Shown here: positions 40,203 to 50,699 of the stretch, one piece after another
How the letters are laid out: each line of letters begins with the position of its first letter
How positions within the stretch are numbered: the first letter of the stretch is position 1
Assembly (NCBI GenBank): GCA_028865725.1
Contig: JAGWJP010000001.1
Span: forward strand, 55,377 to 119,376
Length of the DNA: 64,000 nt
Reading direction: 5' to 3'
Origin: Patescibacteria group bacterium
GTDB taxonomy: Bacteria; Patescibacteriota; Minisyncoccia; UBA6257; JACRHW01
Notes under the pieces: generated by a model
Database searches by the model: none
What the model saw: only the letters and a program-made list of their open reading frames with translations
Told to the model about the DNA's origin: nothing
Program-made: the position numbers and the translations under genes

Positions 40203-40547
40203 ATGGTTCCAAAGGTGATACGTGAAATTACTCATAACGACGCTATGACACCCTCTCATCACATCCCTCATCAGCCTATTCCTCAGGAGAAGCATAACGA
40301 TGATTTTATTACTGTACCCACCACATGGGTGAAGGGTCTTGTTGAGTGGGCGAAGAGAATGGAGGAACGCGAGAGGCATGTTCTCGTGGGTGTTCTCTAT
40401 AAATTGGAGCTCAACCATCTTCTTCGTTCTATCTTAGAAGGCGAGGCGCATCTTGCCACACACCATATATCTAAAACACATCAAATCGAGGTATGTGACC
40501 ACTGTGGAAATGTTTCTCTTGTACGGCAGGAACCGAAGGTCGAGTAG
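40203..40547 (+). CDS. Hypothetical protein
   Basis: 114 aa; C-terminal CxxC. Confidence 0.5.
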   Translation: MVPKVIREITHNDAMTPSHHIPHQPIPQEKHNDDFITVPTTWVKGLVEWAKRMEERERHVLVGVLYKLELNHLLRSILEGEAHLATHHISKTHQIEVCDHCGNVSLVRQEPKVE

Positions 40548-40636
40548 AATTATTTATCTGTATAAAAATTGGATTAATATATAAAAACCGCAAGAGCCAA
40601 TTTTTGCGGTTTTTATATATCTCCTCTTTCTTAGCG

Positions 40637-41059
40637 TTATTGAGTGCGAGTAGATGAGGCAGGACGTAGTTGAATTGATTCTGCAGTAAGGCTTCCGTCC
40701 GAGTTTTGTGTTCCGGCCGCGATTACTTGTTTTCCTGACACAAGGTCGGCGCGTGTTCCCGCGACAGATTTCATAATCGGCGTAGAGGGCGATACAAGTA
40801 TAATTTTGGAACTCCCGTCTTGAAGTTTTACCGTGATGCTTGTCGCGTCACTTGCAATAATGTTTCCCGAAACAAAACCACCCCCATTTCCTCCTCGTAG
40901 GGTGCCTCCTCCACTTCGTGGGCCGCTAAAACGCGCATTCATGGCAGCAGACCCTGTGAATTGTGCACGCGTATTTGCATTGTATTTCATGCCTGCATAA
41001 AACGCACCCCCTCCCACCACGATCACCCCCACGAGAATCATAAGAATTTTGTTATTCAT
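40637..41059 (-). CDS. Membrane-anchored Gly-rich OB-fold-like protein
   Basis: N-terminal TM; GTQNSDGSLTAESIQL; last gene of the ABC operon. Confidence 0.65.
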   Translation of the reverse strand: MNNKILMILVGVIVVGGGAFYAGMKYNANTRAQFTGSAAMNARFSGPRSGGGTLRGGNGGGFVSGNIIASDATSITVKLQDGSSKIILVSPSTPIMKSVAGTRADLVSGKQVIAAGTQNSDGSLTAESIQLRPASSTRTQ

Positions 41060-41086
41060 ACATTTTAAATATTGTTATTTTATTAT

Positions 41087-42310
41087 TTACTCATAACGCA
41101 ATGCTTCGATAGGGTTAAGGCTTGCTGCTCTGCACGCAGGATAGTAACCGAAGATAATTCCAATGAGCGCAGAGACTCCAAATGCGAGGAGTACGGAAAA
41201 GAATGAAACAGACGTCTGAATAATACCCAGGTATGTAATCAAAAACGAGATGAGCCATCCAAGAAAGACGCCAATTGTACCACTTGAGAATGTCAACATG
41301 ACTGCCTCTGCGAGAAATTGAAAGCTTATATCTTTTTTCTTTGCACCGATTGCCTTGCGAAGTCCTATTTCTCGTGTACGTTCGGTCACCGTGGTAAGCA
41401 TCATATTCATAATGCCGATCCCTCCCACAAGAAGAGAAATACCTGCCACGGCTGCAAGAAGAATTGTGAAGGTTTGTGCCACGCTTGATGCGGTCGCGAC
41501 AATATCAGCTTGATTGACCGTACTAAAATCAGCCATAGTGGGATCAGAGATTTTATGACGGTCGAGAAGAAGCGATGTAATATCATCCTGTACTTGTGTC
41601 ATTACCTGTTGATTTTCGGCTTCTACATCGATTGTAGTTACATACGTATCGCCCGCAAAGAAACGTTGCGCGCTTGAAATCGGGATAAAAATCATATTAT
41701 CTTGACTGTTGAATCCTGATCCGCCCTTTGTGGTTGTGATGCCAATTACCTTAAAATCAAGCCCTTTAATACGGATAGTTTGTCCAATAGGATTGGTATC
41801 TGGGCCGAACAGATCATCACGCACCGTAGGGCCGATAACGGCCACTTTTTGAATTCCTTGAATGTTTGCATCAGTGATAAAATAACCATTGTCAATTTGG
41901 ATATTGCGTACGTCGGGATAGTTCGCATTCGTACCGATGACTGACACGTTCGTATTCGTACCCGGTGCGGTAACCTGTTCGCGGATAGAGAGCTCCGGTG
42001 CCACCGCTTTGACGGATGCGACCTGCGACGCAATAGCATCTGCGTCTTCCAGCCGTAGCGTACGCGCAGAACCTCGCCCCGCACTTATTTGGTATCCGGG
42101 TCCTCGCTGCGCTCCGGGTGTCACTATAATAAGGTTTGAGCCAATAGACTGGATGCTTGCTTGAATTGATCTTTGTGCTCCGGCGCCAATTGCAGTCATC
42201 GCGATCACGGAGCTAATACCAATGATAATGCCAAGCATGGTAAGACCCGTACGCGTTTTATTAGAGGTGAGCGCAGTGTATGTTTCTTGGAAAATATCGT
42301 TCGCGGTCAT
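41087..42310 (-). CDS. MacB-like ABC transporter permease
   Basis: RTGLTMLGIIIG; GGIGIMNMML..VTERTREIGLRKAIGA. Confidence 0.93.
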   Translation of the reverse strand: MTANDIFQETYTALTSNKTRTGLTMLGIIIGISSVIAMTAIGAGAQRSIQASIQSIGSNLIIVTPGAQRGPGYQISAGRGSARTLRLEDADAIASQVASVKAVAPELSIREQVTAPGTNTNVSVIGTNANYPDVRNIQIDNGYFITDANIQGIQKVAVIGPTVRDDLFGPDTNPIGQTIRIKGLDFKVIGITTTKGGSGFNSQDNMIFIPISSAQRFFAGDTYVTTIDVEAENQQVMTQVQDDITSLLLDRHKISDPTMADFSTVNQADIVATASSVAQTFTILLAAVAGISLLVGGIGIMNMMLTTVTERTREIGLRKAIGAKKKDISFQFLAEAVMLTFSSGTIGVFLGWLISFLITYLGIIQTSVSFFSVLLAFGVSALIGIIFGYYPACRAASLNPIEALRYE

Positions 42311-43032
42311 AGAGAGTATGTTACTTTTTTTGAAATGTTCGGTGTATCGCTTAAAATCAAACCGTCTTTAATGTGGATAATCCGCTTTGCATATTCAGCA
42401 ATATCCGGTTCGTGGGTAATAAGAATAATAGTTCGTCCATGTTGCGTGTTAAGTTCCTGGAACGTCCCAAGTACGATTTCTCCTGTTTTTGAATCAAGAT
42501 TTCCCGTGGGTTCATCGGCCAAGATAAGCGAAGGATTGTTGACAAGCGCTCGCGCAATTGCCACGCGTTGAATTTGTCCCCCTGAAAGTTGATTAGAGAG
42601 ATGGGAAAAATATTCTTCTCCAAGACCCGCAGCCTTTAATGCGGTGTATGCGCGCGATTCCCGTTCTTCAGGGTTTGTCTCCTCATAGACAAGCGGTAGC
42701 ATGACATTGCGGAGCGCGGTTGCGCGCGGGAGGAGATTGAATGCCTGAAAGACAAATCCTATCTTTTCTCTGCGAATATCGGCAAGCTCATTATCATTGA
42801 GTTTCGAGACGTCCTTCCCCTCAAGGAAATAAGAGCCGCTTGTCGGTGTATCGAGCGCTCCCAAAATATGCATAAGTGTTGACTTTCCTGACCCGGAAGG
42901 TCCCATAATGGCGACAAATTCTCCTTCGTGTATATCAAAACTTACGCCGCATAACGCAGTAAATGCCGCATTGCCACTGCCATATGTTTTTGTCACGTTT
43001 TTAATTTCTAGCATGTCCGATATAGGTTTCAT
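42307..43032 (-). CDS. ABC transporter ATP-binding protein
   Basis: GPSGSGKST, LSGGQ, ILADEPTGNLD. Confidence 0.95.
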   Translation of the reverse strand: MKPISDMLEIKNVTKTYGSGNAAFTALCGVSFDIHEGEFVAIMGPSGSGKSTLMHILGALDTPTSGSYFLEGKDVSKLNDNELADIRREKIGFVFQAFNLLPRATALRNVMLPLVYEETNPEERESRAYTALKAAGLGEEYFSHLSNQLSGGQIQRVAIARALVNNPSLILADEPTGNLDSKTGEIVLGTFQELNTQHGRTIILITHEPDIAEYAKRIIHIKDGLILSDTPNISKKVTYSL

Positions 43033-44813
43033 TAACCTCCTATTCTTCCGCGAAATGTTGCTCCGCCTCCGCCACCTCCCGTGACACCACGCGCGCCTCC
43101 TCCGCCAATAAGGCTCGGTGCGGAAGCAGCAGTCGTGGATTTTGTCGCCGTAATTGTTTTTACAATAATTTCATCGTCTTGCTCGAGGCCGCTTAGAATC
43201 TCCGTTGAATTATTGTCTGAAATACCAACTTCTACGGTGCGTCGTTGCGGAATAAGGGTAGTGGCAATTCCTTGCGGATTTTCAATATTACTCACGTTGC
43301 CCAATAATGTTTTATCAATCGTCTCTACATAATGCGTGGTCCCTTGCGTTTTTACCGCACTATTAGGTACGAGGAGCGTGTCTTGGTGGACATCGGTAAT
43401 AATAGCGGCATTTACGCTCATTCCTGGTTTTACTCGTGCGTCTTGCGTATCGAATCCTATTTTAACGTTATAGGTTACGACACCCTGGTTTACCGTTCCT
43501 ATGGTATCTATCTCTGCAACGGTTCCCGCAATACTTAACCCATCAACTGCGTCAAAAGTGAGCGTTGCTTTTTGTCCTACTTTTACTTTCGCCGCATCGA
43601 TCTCATTTAATGAAAGTTCCGCAATTTTTTGCTGGGTGATAAGTGTGGCGATCACGGTCGAAGGAGATGCTGAATCGTATTTCTGTGCATTTACCGTTGC
43701 CAGCACACCATCAAAGGGCGCATAGACAGAATAATCAGCTAATGTACTTTGCGCATCGGCAAGCGCGTTTTCTTTTTGCTGGATCGAAAGTTGTTGCGCG
43801 GCAAGATCAAGCGGATCAGGTCCTTGCTGGAGTTTTGTAAGATTCAACTGCTCCTCTTCAATAGAGCGTTTTGTGTTGGCAAGCGTACTGATATCACTGG
43901 AAAGATTTGAGAGTTGCGAATCGGTTTCACTGATATAGGTTGCAAGCGTATTTTGTTGAGTAATAAGTAGGGAAGGGGGTGTACGCTGGTAGGTGCTCAA
44001 CGTTTCTTTCACAAATCCAAGAAGATCATTTGTACTTTTTACGGTGTCTGAAACGGATTTAGTTGTTGCATAGGTTTCATTGATAATATGTTCAGTGGTG
44101 GTGGCATCAGAAAAACGCGTAGTGGTTTTATAATCGTTAAACGTTTGGTTATATTCGTTTTGTGCCGTTTGAAATTTTGTGAGCACATCATTTTGGTATT
44201 TCGATACATTGGGATCATAATCTTTCACCAAATCACCGTAGGCTGAAGTATTGTCTTGATTTCTACTTACCTCTGTACCGTAAATAATATCTTGAAGACC
44301 TGACATAATAGTAGGGAGCTGTAAGAAGGTATCGGACACATCGCTAAACCCACCGTCATACGTTTTTTGAAGTGTTTCTTGCGATTGTGCGAGACTGTTC
44401 TGCGCCTGAATGATAGTAAGGGGATCGGTAGGTTCTTCAAATTTCTGAAAGGATAGTTTTGCGCTTTCAAGATTGGCCTCCGCATCTCGCACCGATTTTT
44501 CTGCTGTGGTAGTGTCGAGGCGTGCAATAAGAGACCCTGCTTTTACGTAGTGTCCGGGGACCGCGTTGAGATACAAGATTTCACCTGACGCTTCCGGTTG
44601 GAGGTTTACTTGATTTGATGCGGATACTTGCCCGCTCCCACTTATCGAAGATACAATAGTGCCCTTCTGTGTTGCGGCAAATACATAGCGTGTTTCTGTG
44701 TTTGTCGGGTAAAGTGCATTCCATCCCCAGTATCCTGCACCTACAAGTAAGATAAGTACGAGTATGCTTAGTTTTTTATGAGTAGCAATATAAACACTTA
44801 GAGCATGATACAT
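43032..44813 (-). CDS. MacA/HlyD-like periplasmic adaptor
   Basis: N-terminal TM, lipoyl-like halves (APFDG), long helical hairpin, KPGMS. Confidence 0.88.
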   Translation of the reverse strand: MYHALSVYIATHKKLSILVLILLVGAGYWGWNALYPTNTETRYVFAATQKGTIVSSISGSGQVSASNQVNLQPEASGEILYLNAVPGHYVKAGSLIARLDTTTAEKSVRDAEANLESAKLSFQKFEEPTDPLTIIQAQNSLAQSQETLQKTYDGGFSDVSDTFLQLPTIMSGLQDIIYGTEVSRNQDNTSAYGDLVKDYDPNVSKYQNDVLTKFQTAQNEYNQTFNDYKTTTRFSDATTTEHIINETYATTKSVSDTVKSTNDLLGFVKETLSTYQRTPPSLLITQQNTLATYISETDSQLSNLSSDISTLANTKRSIEEEQLNLTKLQQGPDPLDLAAQQLSIQQKENALADAQSTLADYSVYAPFDGVLATVNAQKYDSASPSTVIATLITQQKIAELSLNEIDAAKVKVGQKATLTFDAVDGLSIAGTVAEIDTIGTVNQGVVTYNVKIGFDTQDARVKPGMSVNAAIITDVHQDTLLVPNSAVKTQGTTHYVETIDKTLLGNVSNIENPQGIATTLIPQRRTVEVGISDNNSTEILSGLEQDDEIIVKTITATKSTTAASAPSLIGGGGARGVTGGGGGGATFRGRIGG

Positions 44814-44832
44814 AAGTCATTATATTATGGAA

Positions 44833-45306
44833 TTATTGATTGTGAGGCATGCGCGCCATGGTGCTTGACGCAATGCCGGGTACGATACGCACAAGGCGTG
44901 CGTGCATGACACCTGCTTCGTCGGAGGATCCTATTACGATTACATGATCATTTATGTGAAGATCGGTGGGGGTAATGACATCTCGAAATTTTCGGAGTGC
45001 CGTAGTGCTTGAGAGCCTGATTGTCGTTTCAATATTATCTCTCCCTTCTACTATAAAAGTTGGTAGATTGATTGAGGTGATGGTTCCTACTGCTCCGTTT
45101 GCGCTTGGAAAATATTGCTGTGCGATATTGTAGCGCGGATTATTAAATGCTTGGTAGTATGCTCTTCCCCGCTGATACGCAACGCTTGCTTTGTGATACC
45201 CGATAAAAATGCCAAGTTGAAATACCGCGAGGATTATGATGAATGCACCAATGCCGTATAGGATGCATATAATAACGCGTGAGGAAAATGATGTGCGTGT
45301 ATCCAT
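44833..45306 (-). CDS. Membrane-anchored hypothetical protein
   Basis: One TM segment; within the ECF/ABC operon. Confidence 0.6.
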   Translation of the reverse strand: MDTRTSFSSRVIICILYGIGAFIIILAVFQLGIFIGYHKASVAYQRGRAYYQAFNNPRYNIAQQYFPSANGAVGTITSINLPTFIVEGRDNIETTIRLSSTTALRKFRDVITPTDLHINDHVIVIGSSDEAGVMHARLVRIVPGIASSTMARMPHNQ

Positions 45307-45315
45307 AAATTGTGA

Positions 45316-45777
45316 TTATAACGTTTTTATTGACAGCAATGCTCTTCGGACATGTTTTGCAATACGCGCACATGAGAGCACTATGATAAAGGCGACAGAG
45401 GAGAGCGCAATCAGTGGAAGTACGGGGAGCGCTTCTAAAATTGAACTTACAAATTCTTGCCATGAAGCGACAAGGAGTGTGCCGTCAGAAAAGAGAAGAG
45501 ATCCATATTCATAGAATCCCGTTTCTCCAAAGCTTTTTATTGCATAATGAAGAGCGGGAACAAGAGCGGCTCCTGCAAAAATGGCGGGGATGCCAAAGAG
45601 AACGAGTTGTACTCGCGAAAATTTCCTACGTTCCATTGCAACCGCCACGATTACTTTGTGATACAAATTGTGAGGAAGTGGATTCTTGGAGGAATGGGGA
45701 GTATTCATATGGTTTCTAATAATACAACGTGTGTGCGCACTATTTTGGTGCGTGAGCGACGAGCTTTCGTAGTGCAA
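45316..45777 (-). CDS. Membrane protein, putative anti-sigma factor (start uncertain)
   Basis: Two TM segments, directly after the ECF sigma. Confidence 0.5.
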   Translation of the reverse strand: MHYESSSLTHQNSAHTRCIIRNHMNTPHSSKNPLPHNLYHKVIVAVAMERRKFSRVQLVLFGIPAIFAGAALVPALHYAIKSFGETGFYEYGSLLFSDGTLLVASWQEFVSSILEALPVLPLIALSSVAFIIVLSCARIAKHVRRALLSIKTL

Positions 45778-46333
45778 TAAGAGCTCGATTGTGCTGGCTT
45801 CGTACGGTGTTGGCTGGTTTGTGAAGTATGGTGCCTATTTCTTCAAATGAGAGATGTTCTTCATAGCGCAGAAATACAACTTCTCGATACAGGGTTGGTA
45901 ATTGACCTAACAACATATGCATATGTCGTTTTTCCTCCGCCTGAAGAAGCAGCTCATCAGGCGGTGTTTCTTCGCTTGTCACTCGGTCGGCAATAGTATT
46001 ATTTCCTTCTTCGTCCTCAAATTCGGAGAATGAATAATCGCGTCGTTTGCGCATCCAGTCGATCGTGGTGTTTCGCGCAATAGTGAGCAGCCAAGTAGTG
46101 AATTTTCCTGTTGGTTTGTAGTGTGAAAGTTTTTTCCACATTTTAATAAATGTTTCTTGTGCAATATCTTCTGCGTCTTTTGGGTTTTTATTAAGCTGGA
46201 GTATAAAGTAATACACCTGATTAAGGTGTGTATGAATGAGAATTTCGAGAGCATTATCGTCTCCTTCTTGCGCACGCGCGATGAGATCAAACTCGTTGGT
46301 TTCACTACTGCGATGCCTGTGATCGTGAATCAT
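45740..46333 (-). CDS. ECF RNA polymerase sigma factor
   Basis: DAEDIAQETFIKMW, FTTWLLTIARN, region 4. Confidence 0.92.
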   Translation of the reverse strand: MIHDHRHRSSETNEFDLIARAQEGDDNALEILIHTHLNQVYYFILQLNKNPKDAEDIAQETFIKMWKKLSHYKPTGKFTTWLLTIARNTTIDWMRKRRDYSFSEFEDEEGNNTIADRVTSEETPPDELLLQAEEKRHMHMLLGQLPTLYREVVFLRYEEHLSFEEIGTILHKPANTVRSQHNRALIALRKLVAHAPK

Positions 46334-46442
46334 GATGTTCAGGAGTGTTCCATACCACCATAATGGTGGCAGGAGGGTAGTTCTCTGTCAACCCCCCCCA
46401 TTTTTTTTGCTTCTATAGATATAAACGTGGGTTTATGGTATT

Positions 46443-46826
46443 TTGTTCCCATACATTAAGTTGGCTTATATGTTCATTCGCACGGGAACATTTCTTTGGA
46501 CGCAACATATTCAACGAAAAATGAGATTTTACGGGCTTTCTGAGTCACGACTTAAGCGTATCGTGCGCCATCCCGCACGCATTGAAGAAGGCATTGCGCC
46601 GCATACTGTCGCCTGTATGCAGCCTGCGGGGTCTTCAAAGAATATGCAAGAAATTTGGGTGATGTATCAAAAAAAATCAGCATCCAAAAATCAACATTCA
46701 AAATTGAGTGGCGAAGCGGTTACCATGATTAGTGCATGGCGCTATCCTGGAGTGAGCCCCAAGCGGAATCCTATTCCGCAAGATATTTTGGATGAAGTGT
46801 TAGAAATGCTTGAACTCTCAGAATAA
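46443..46826 (+). CDS. Conserved hypothetical protein
   Basis: WTQH...EIWVMYQ...ISAWRYPGVSP. Confidence 0.65.
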   Translation: MFPYIKLAYMFIRTGTFLWTQHIQRKMRFYGLSESRLKRIVRHPARIEEGIAPHTVACMQPAGSSKNMQEIWVMYQKKSASKNQHSKLSGEAVTMISAWRYPGVSPKRNPIPQDILDEVLEMLELSE

Positions 46827-46880
46827 CAAATAACACCGCGGTAAGAGAAATCTACGGTGTTATTTGTTATACAGCATTTT

Positions 46881-47945
46881 TTATTTTCTTTCTACCAGTT
46901 TTACTGCAGCAGTGATTTCTTTTCCATTGCGCAAGACTTTGAGCATAAGTTCGTCGCCCACTTCATACCGATCAAGCATGTCCTGGAGGGTAAGATCTCG
47001 CGTTACTTTTTCTTCGTTGCATTCGAGAATGACGTCTTGTTCTTTGATGCCTGCCTTTGATGCCGGGGAGTGAGGGACAATGGCATTATCTCCCGGGTCC
47101 TGCCGTACGACCAGCGCGCCGTAATTAACAGGGAGTTTGAAATGCCGTTGCAATGCATCGTCTAAGATCACGTACTTTATACCAAGGAGCGGTTTGCGTA
47201 TTCTTCCAAACTCCTTGAGATCCGCAAGATCTTTTTTTGCTGCATTGATAGGAAGCGCGAATCCGATATTTTGTGCGCCAAAAATGATAGCGGTATTGAT
47301 GCCCATAACCTCGCCAAAAATGTTCAAGAGAGGTCCACCCGAGTTTCCGGGATTGATCGCAGTATCTGTCTGGATTAAACCGCGCAGTTCTTCTGTTGGT
47401 TTTTCTCCGGGTTCGATTTGTGCGGGGATATGGCGCGCGATGCCCGATACAATTCCGCTTGAAACAGTATTTTTGAACATGCCAAGCGCATTGCCGATAG
47501 CAATAGCTTGCTGACCAAGCGTAATGCGCGCCGAATCGCCGAGGGTAAGTGTGGGGAGGTCATGCGCATCAATTTTCAAGATCGCAACATCATTGATAGG
47601 ATCGCGTGCGAGAATAGTTGCTGCATAGGTCTTGTTGTCGTCGGTGAGTACTGCGTAGGAGGCATTTGGTTCGCTCACCACATGGCGGTTTGTGAGAATA
47701 ATTCCACTTGGATCAACGACAAAACCGGACCCCCCTCCAATTTTTACCATGCCTTTTTCGTCGACATCCTCGGGGGAAATATGGGGCTGTTCTTCCCCCT
47801 GGGGAATGTAGGGATACATTTGGGTATAAATTTCTTTTTCGAGCTCGCGCAAATCTTTCGAGATGACAATGCTTACCACCGCAGGCATTGCGGATTTTAC
47901 TACATTAATAAGAGGTGATTGTTCTTCCATATGTGTCTGCCTCAT
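46881..47945 (-). CDS. HtrA/DegP-like serine protease with PDZ domain
   Basis: TNRHV, DVAILK, TDTAINPGNSGGPL. Confidence 0.93.
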   Translation of the reverse strand: MRQTHMEEQSPLINVVKSAMPAVVSIVISKDLRELEKEIYTQMYPYIPQGEEQPHISPEDVDEKGMVKIGGGSGFVVDPSGIILTNRHVVSEPNASYAVLTDDNKTYAATILARDPINDVAILKIDAHDLPTLTLGDSARITLGQQAIAIGNALGMFKNTVSSGIVSGIARHIPAQIEPGEKPTEELRGLIQTDTAINPGNSGGPLLNIFGEVMGINTAIIFGAQNIGFALPINAAKKDLADLKEFGRIRKPLLGIKYVILDDALQRHFKLPVNYGALVVRQDPGDNAIVPHSPASKAGIKEQDVILECNEEKVTRDLTLQDMLDRYEVGDELMLKVLRNGKEITAAVKLVERK

Positions 47946-48184
47946 GTCGGCTGGCGCATTTCTTTGTCAAAACTTGCGCTCCTCACTCGAAATACTGTTA
48001 GTATTCCTCGTTTCGGTGCTCGGTTTTTCCTCGCACTGCATCCAGCCGGCACAAGGCAGTATCGTTTTTAAGAGTTAATACGCTTTGATTATAGCAGAAA
48101 AGAATCTTATTTGTCATTCTGAATGGAAGGTAAAAATGCTCTCGTTTTGTCATTCTGAGGCGCTCCGAAGAATCTCTGTAGCAT

Positions 48185-48721
48185 CTAGTGACTACCAAAT
48201 ACATCGGGCGGCAGAGTTTCCGGCCACTCTCCAGTTTCTCGTATTATTGCAAGTTTCCACAATAGATCGCCTACACGGCCATTCCCGTCTTCAAAAGGAT
48301 GAATTGTTTCAAAGTCTGTGTAATATTCTAATGGGTTTACTGCGTTGCCAATAAAGGCATCGATTAACCCTTCAAGTGCTCTTTCAATATTTTCGGGATC
48401 AATGCCGCGTGTCATATTGGCAAAACGTACTGGAATCCTTCTGAACCCTTTTTGATTTCTTTTTTCTATTATTTCCGCCCACCGCATGATATACTCTTTC
48501 ATCTCGGAAGGGGTAAGCGCGGCGAGTTTCTCCGTATCAGATCCTAATGTCTTGGCGGAGATGTATGCTTCTGCAAAGCCCAGAATTTGTTCTCTAGAAG
48601 TTGCGTGTTGCAAGATACATTGCTCAATAATCAGTTCCTTATCTTTTTGGGTAAGCCTTTCCGGAAATTTCAAAGAAGCAATATCCAATGGAACTGATTT
48701 TATTTCTTCGTTATTTTTCAT
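48185..48721 (-). CDS. Small Fic-domain protein
   Basis: HPFEDGNGRVG. Confidence 0.8.
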   Translation of the reverse strand: MKNNEEIKSVPLDIASLKFPERLTQKDKELIIEQCILQHATSREQILGFAEAYISAKTLGSDTEKLAALTPSEMKEYIMRWAEIIEKRNQKGFRRIPVRFANMTRGIDPENIERALEGLIDAFIGNAVNPLEYYTDFETIHPFEDGNGRVGDLLWKLAIIRETGEWPETLPPDVFGSH

Positions 48722-49367
48722 GGCTTGGACTGTCGATGCCACTAATTATAGTGAGTAAATCTAACGTATTGTGTGCAATAGGTGTTTCGGGATCAATGGT
48801 TGAGGGATCATAACCCCACCCGTAATGGGCAAGGATAAAATGGCGAATATTATTTTCGCGTGCCATGGTATAGTCGACATTTCTGTCTCCAATCATAATG
48901 ACTTCATCAACTCCCACATTAAATCTGTTCAAAATATCAGGTACGACGTTTTTCTTGATGAAACGTGTAAGATCAGTTTTGCCGACGACATCATCAAAAA
49001 ACGAGTCTAGTTGATTGAGTTCGAGATTACGACGTATTTCGTTTGCATAATTTGATGATAATACCACGAGCGTATAGTTTTGATGTAGCTCCCGAAGCAC
49101 TTCTTGTATATTCGGATAGGCATTGTATTTTTGAGTTTTAATCTCGTCTACATACATCTCTTCCGCCTGGCGTACCACCTGTTCGTCGGTCACCCCGAGA
49201 TTGGACAAACATTCTTTATAGTTTTTACCATATACTTTTCTAAATTCCTCTAAATCTTCAGGACAGGGGATACCCAATGTCTTGCAAATATTCAAATATA
49301 CGCGATGAATCGCGGGAAAAGAATCTAGAATGACGCCATCATAATCAAAGATAATTAATTTAATCAT
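48711..49367 (-). CDS. HAD-family hydrolase
   Basis: IIFDYDGVILDS, MIGDRNVD. Confidence 0.88.
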   Translation of the reverse strand: MIKLIIFDYDGVILDSFPAIHRVYLNICKTLGIPCPEDLEEFRKVYGKNYKECLSNLGVTDEQVVRQAEEMYVDEIKTQKYNAYPNIQEVLRELHQNYTLVVLSSNYANEIRRNLELNQLDSFFDDVVGKTDLTRFIKKNVVPDILNRFNVGVDEVIMIGDRNVDYTMARENNIRHFILAHYGWGYDPSTIDPETPIAHNTLDLLTIISGIDSPSHEK

Positions 49368-49397
49368 ACCGTGACCGCGTCTTATGTTTTTTAAGGG

Positions 49398-49471
49398 TGG
49401 GCTCGAGCCGATTCGAACGGCTGACCCCTTCGATGTCAACGAAGTACTCTAACCAACTGAGCTACGAGCCC
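49398..49471 (-). tRNA. tRNA-Val(GAC)
   Basis: Anticodon arm cttcg-ttgacat-cgaag; cloverleaf. Confidence 0.93.
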
Positions 49472-49533
49472 GTACATAAGTAATCGTGAGGTCATTGTAG
49501 GATAGTTTTTTCTGAAATACAAGGCGTGCCGTA

Positions 49534-50682
49534 TTATTGAGGAATCTGGCTGTGGAGTGCGTGAAGGACGCAGTTCGCGATATAGTGTCCGTTAATAAAC
49601 GCATCTTCCGTGCTTGGTACATCATGATCGTTTGCGAGATAAATATTCGGTTCAGGATGTTCATTAATGTATTCATCGCCGAAGAAAAAAAGTGCGGGCT
49701 GCCACGTGCCCTTAGTGATTACTTCCCAGGTGTCAAAATACTTTCCAATGCGATCGTCTCCGTTGTAAAAATACAGAAATGTGCCATTCGGCTCATGAGA
49801 AATTGCAGCCTCTTCTTCAATGGGGAAGAAATTATACCACGGTACGTCATATTCTTTTTTGATGACACCACGAAGATGATAGTAGTTTACATTAATTTGC
49901 CCTTTGATCTTTTGAGGAGTAATGAGCGTATTCGCGATATCCATAGGGGTGGCGAGGATGAGAATATCACATTCGTATTGAGTTCCGGATTTGGTTTCAA
50001 GAGTAAACGTGTTGTTTGCGTGCCGTGCAAGCGACGTCACGCGATCTATAATGATTTTGTTTTTGAAAGGTTTGGTGAGGATATCAAAATGAAAGATGAA
50101 TGAATAACTTGGAATGATGATAGTCGAAAGCACGCCGAGGAAGATGGTGGTCGGTACTTCGCGCGGATCGGTAAAATATGCCGCCCACAGAAATTGTTCA
50201 AGGTACTCTTTCGTTAATGCTTCGAGGTTCTTTTCCTTGATAAATTCTTTTGCGTTCTGATGATAGTACCGTTTCAAGTAGGGATCTGCTTCGATCAGCT
50301 CTCGATAAGGAGTATGCATGGCGCGCGCGCGTGCTGCTTGTACATGGCGGCGAAATATAAACAGCTCTTTTAAAAGGCGCAGTCCTGCTGGAATGTGGCG
50401 CAGCATACGGAGCGAGAAAGCGCGGTATTGCGTGTGTCCCGAATGAAAATGGGCTTTGGCAAAATGCACCAAGTCTTTTTTGGTGATATACGGCATAATG
50501 TTTGCGCAATCGGCCGTGATATAATATGCGCCGTAATTGGTTTGTCCGTCGGGGGATGTTTTCACACGTCCGCCGATATTTTCGCTCACCAACAAAAAAT
50601 CCTCTCCTTGCTCCGTAAGACGTTTTGCGCACCCGAGCCCGTTGAGGCCTCCTCCTACGATGATGATTTTTGCGCGTGGCAT
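49534..50682 (-). CDS. FAD-dependent oxidoreductase
   Basis: IIVGGGLNGL, IGGRVKT. Confidence 0.8.
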   Translation of the reverse strand: MPRAKIIIVGGGLNGLGCAKRLTEQGEDFLLVSENIGGRVKTSPDGQTNYGAYYITADCANIMPYITKKDLVHFAKAHFHSGHTQYRAFSLRMLRHIPAGLRLLKELFIFRRHVQAARARAMHTPYRELIEADPYLKRYYHQNAKEFIKEKNLEALTKEYLEQFLWAAYFTDPREVPTTIFLGVLSTIIIPSYSFIFHFDILTKPFKNKIIIDRVTSLARHANNTFTLETKSGTQYECDILILATPMDIANTLITPQKIKGQINVNYYHLRGVIKKEYDVPWYNFFPIEEEAAISHEPNGTFLYFYNGDDRIGKYFDTWEVITKGTWQPALFFFGDEYINEHPEPNIYLANDHDVPSTEDAFINGHYIANCVLHALHSQIPQ

Positions 50683-50699
50683 AGTGTGTTACTTGAAGA

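Noticed and set aside
48110-48180. Two copies of tgtcattctga resembling a REP-like remnant
   Set aside because: Too short and degenerate, with no associated transposase or further copies noticed
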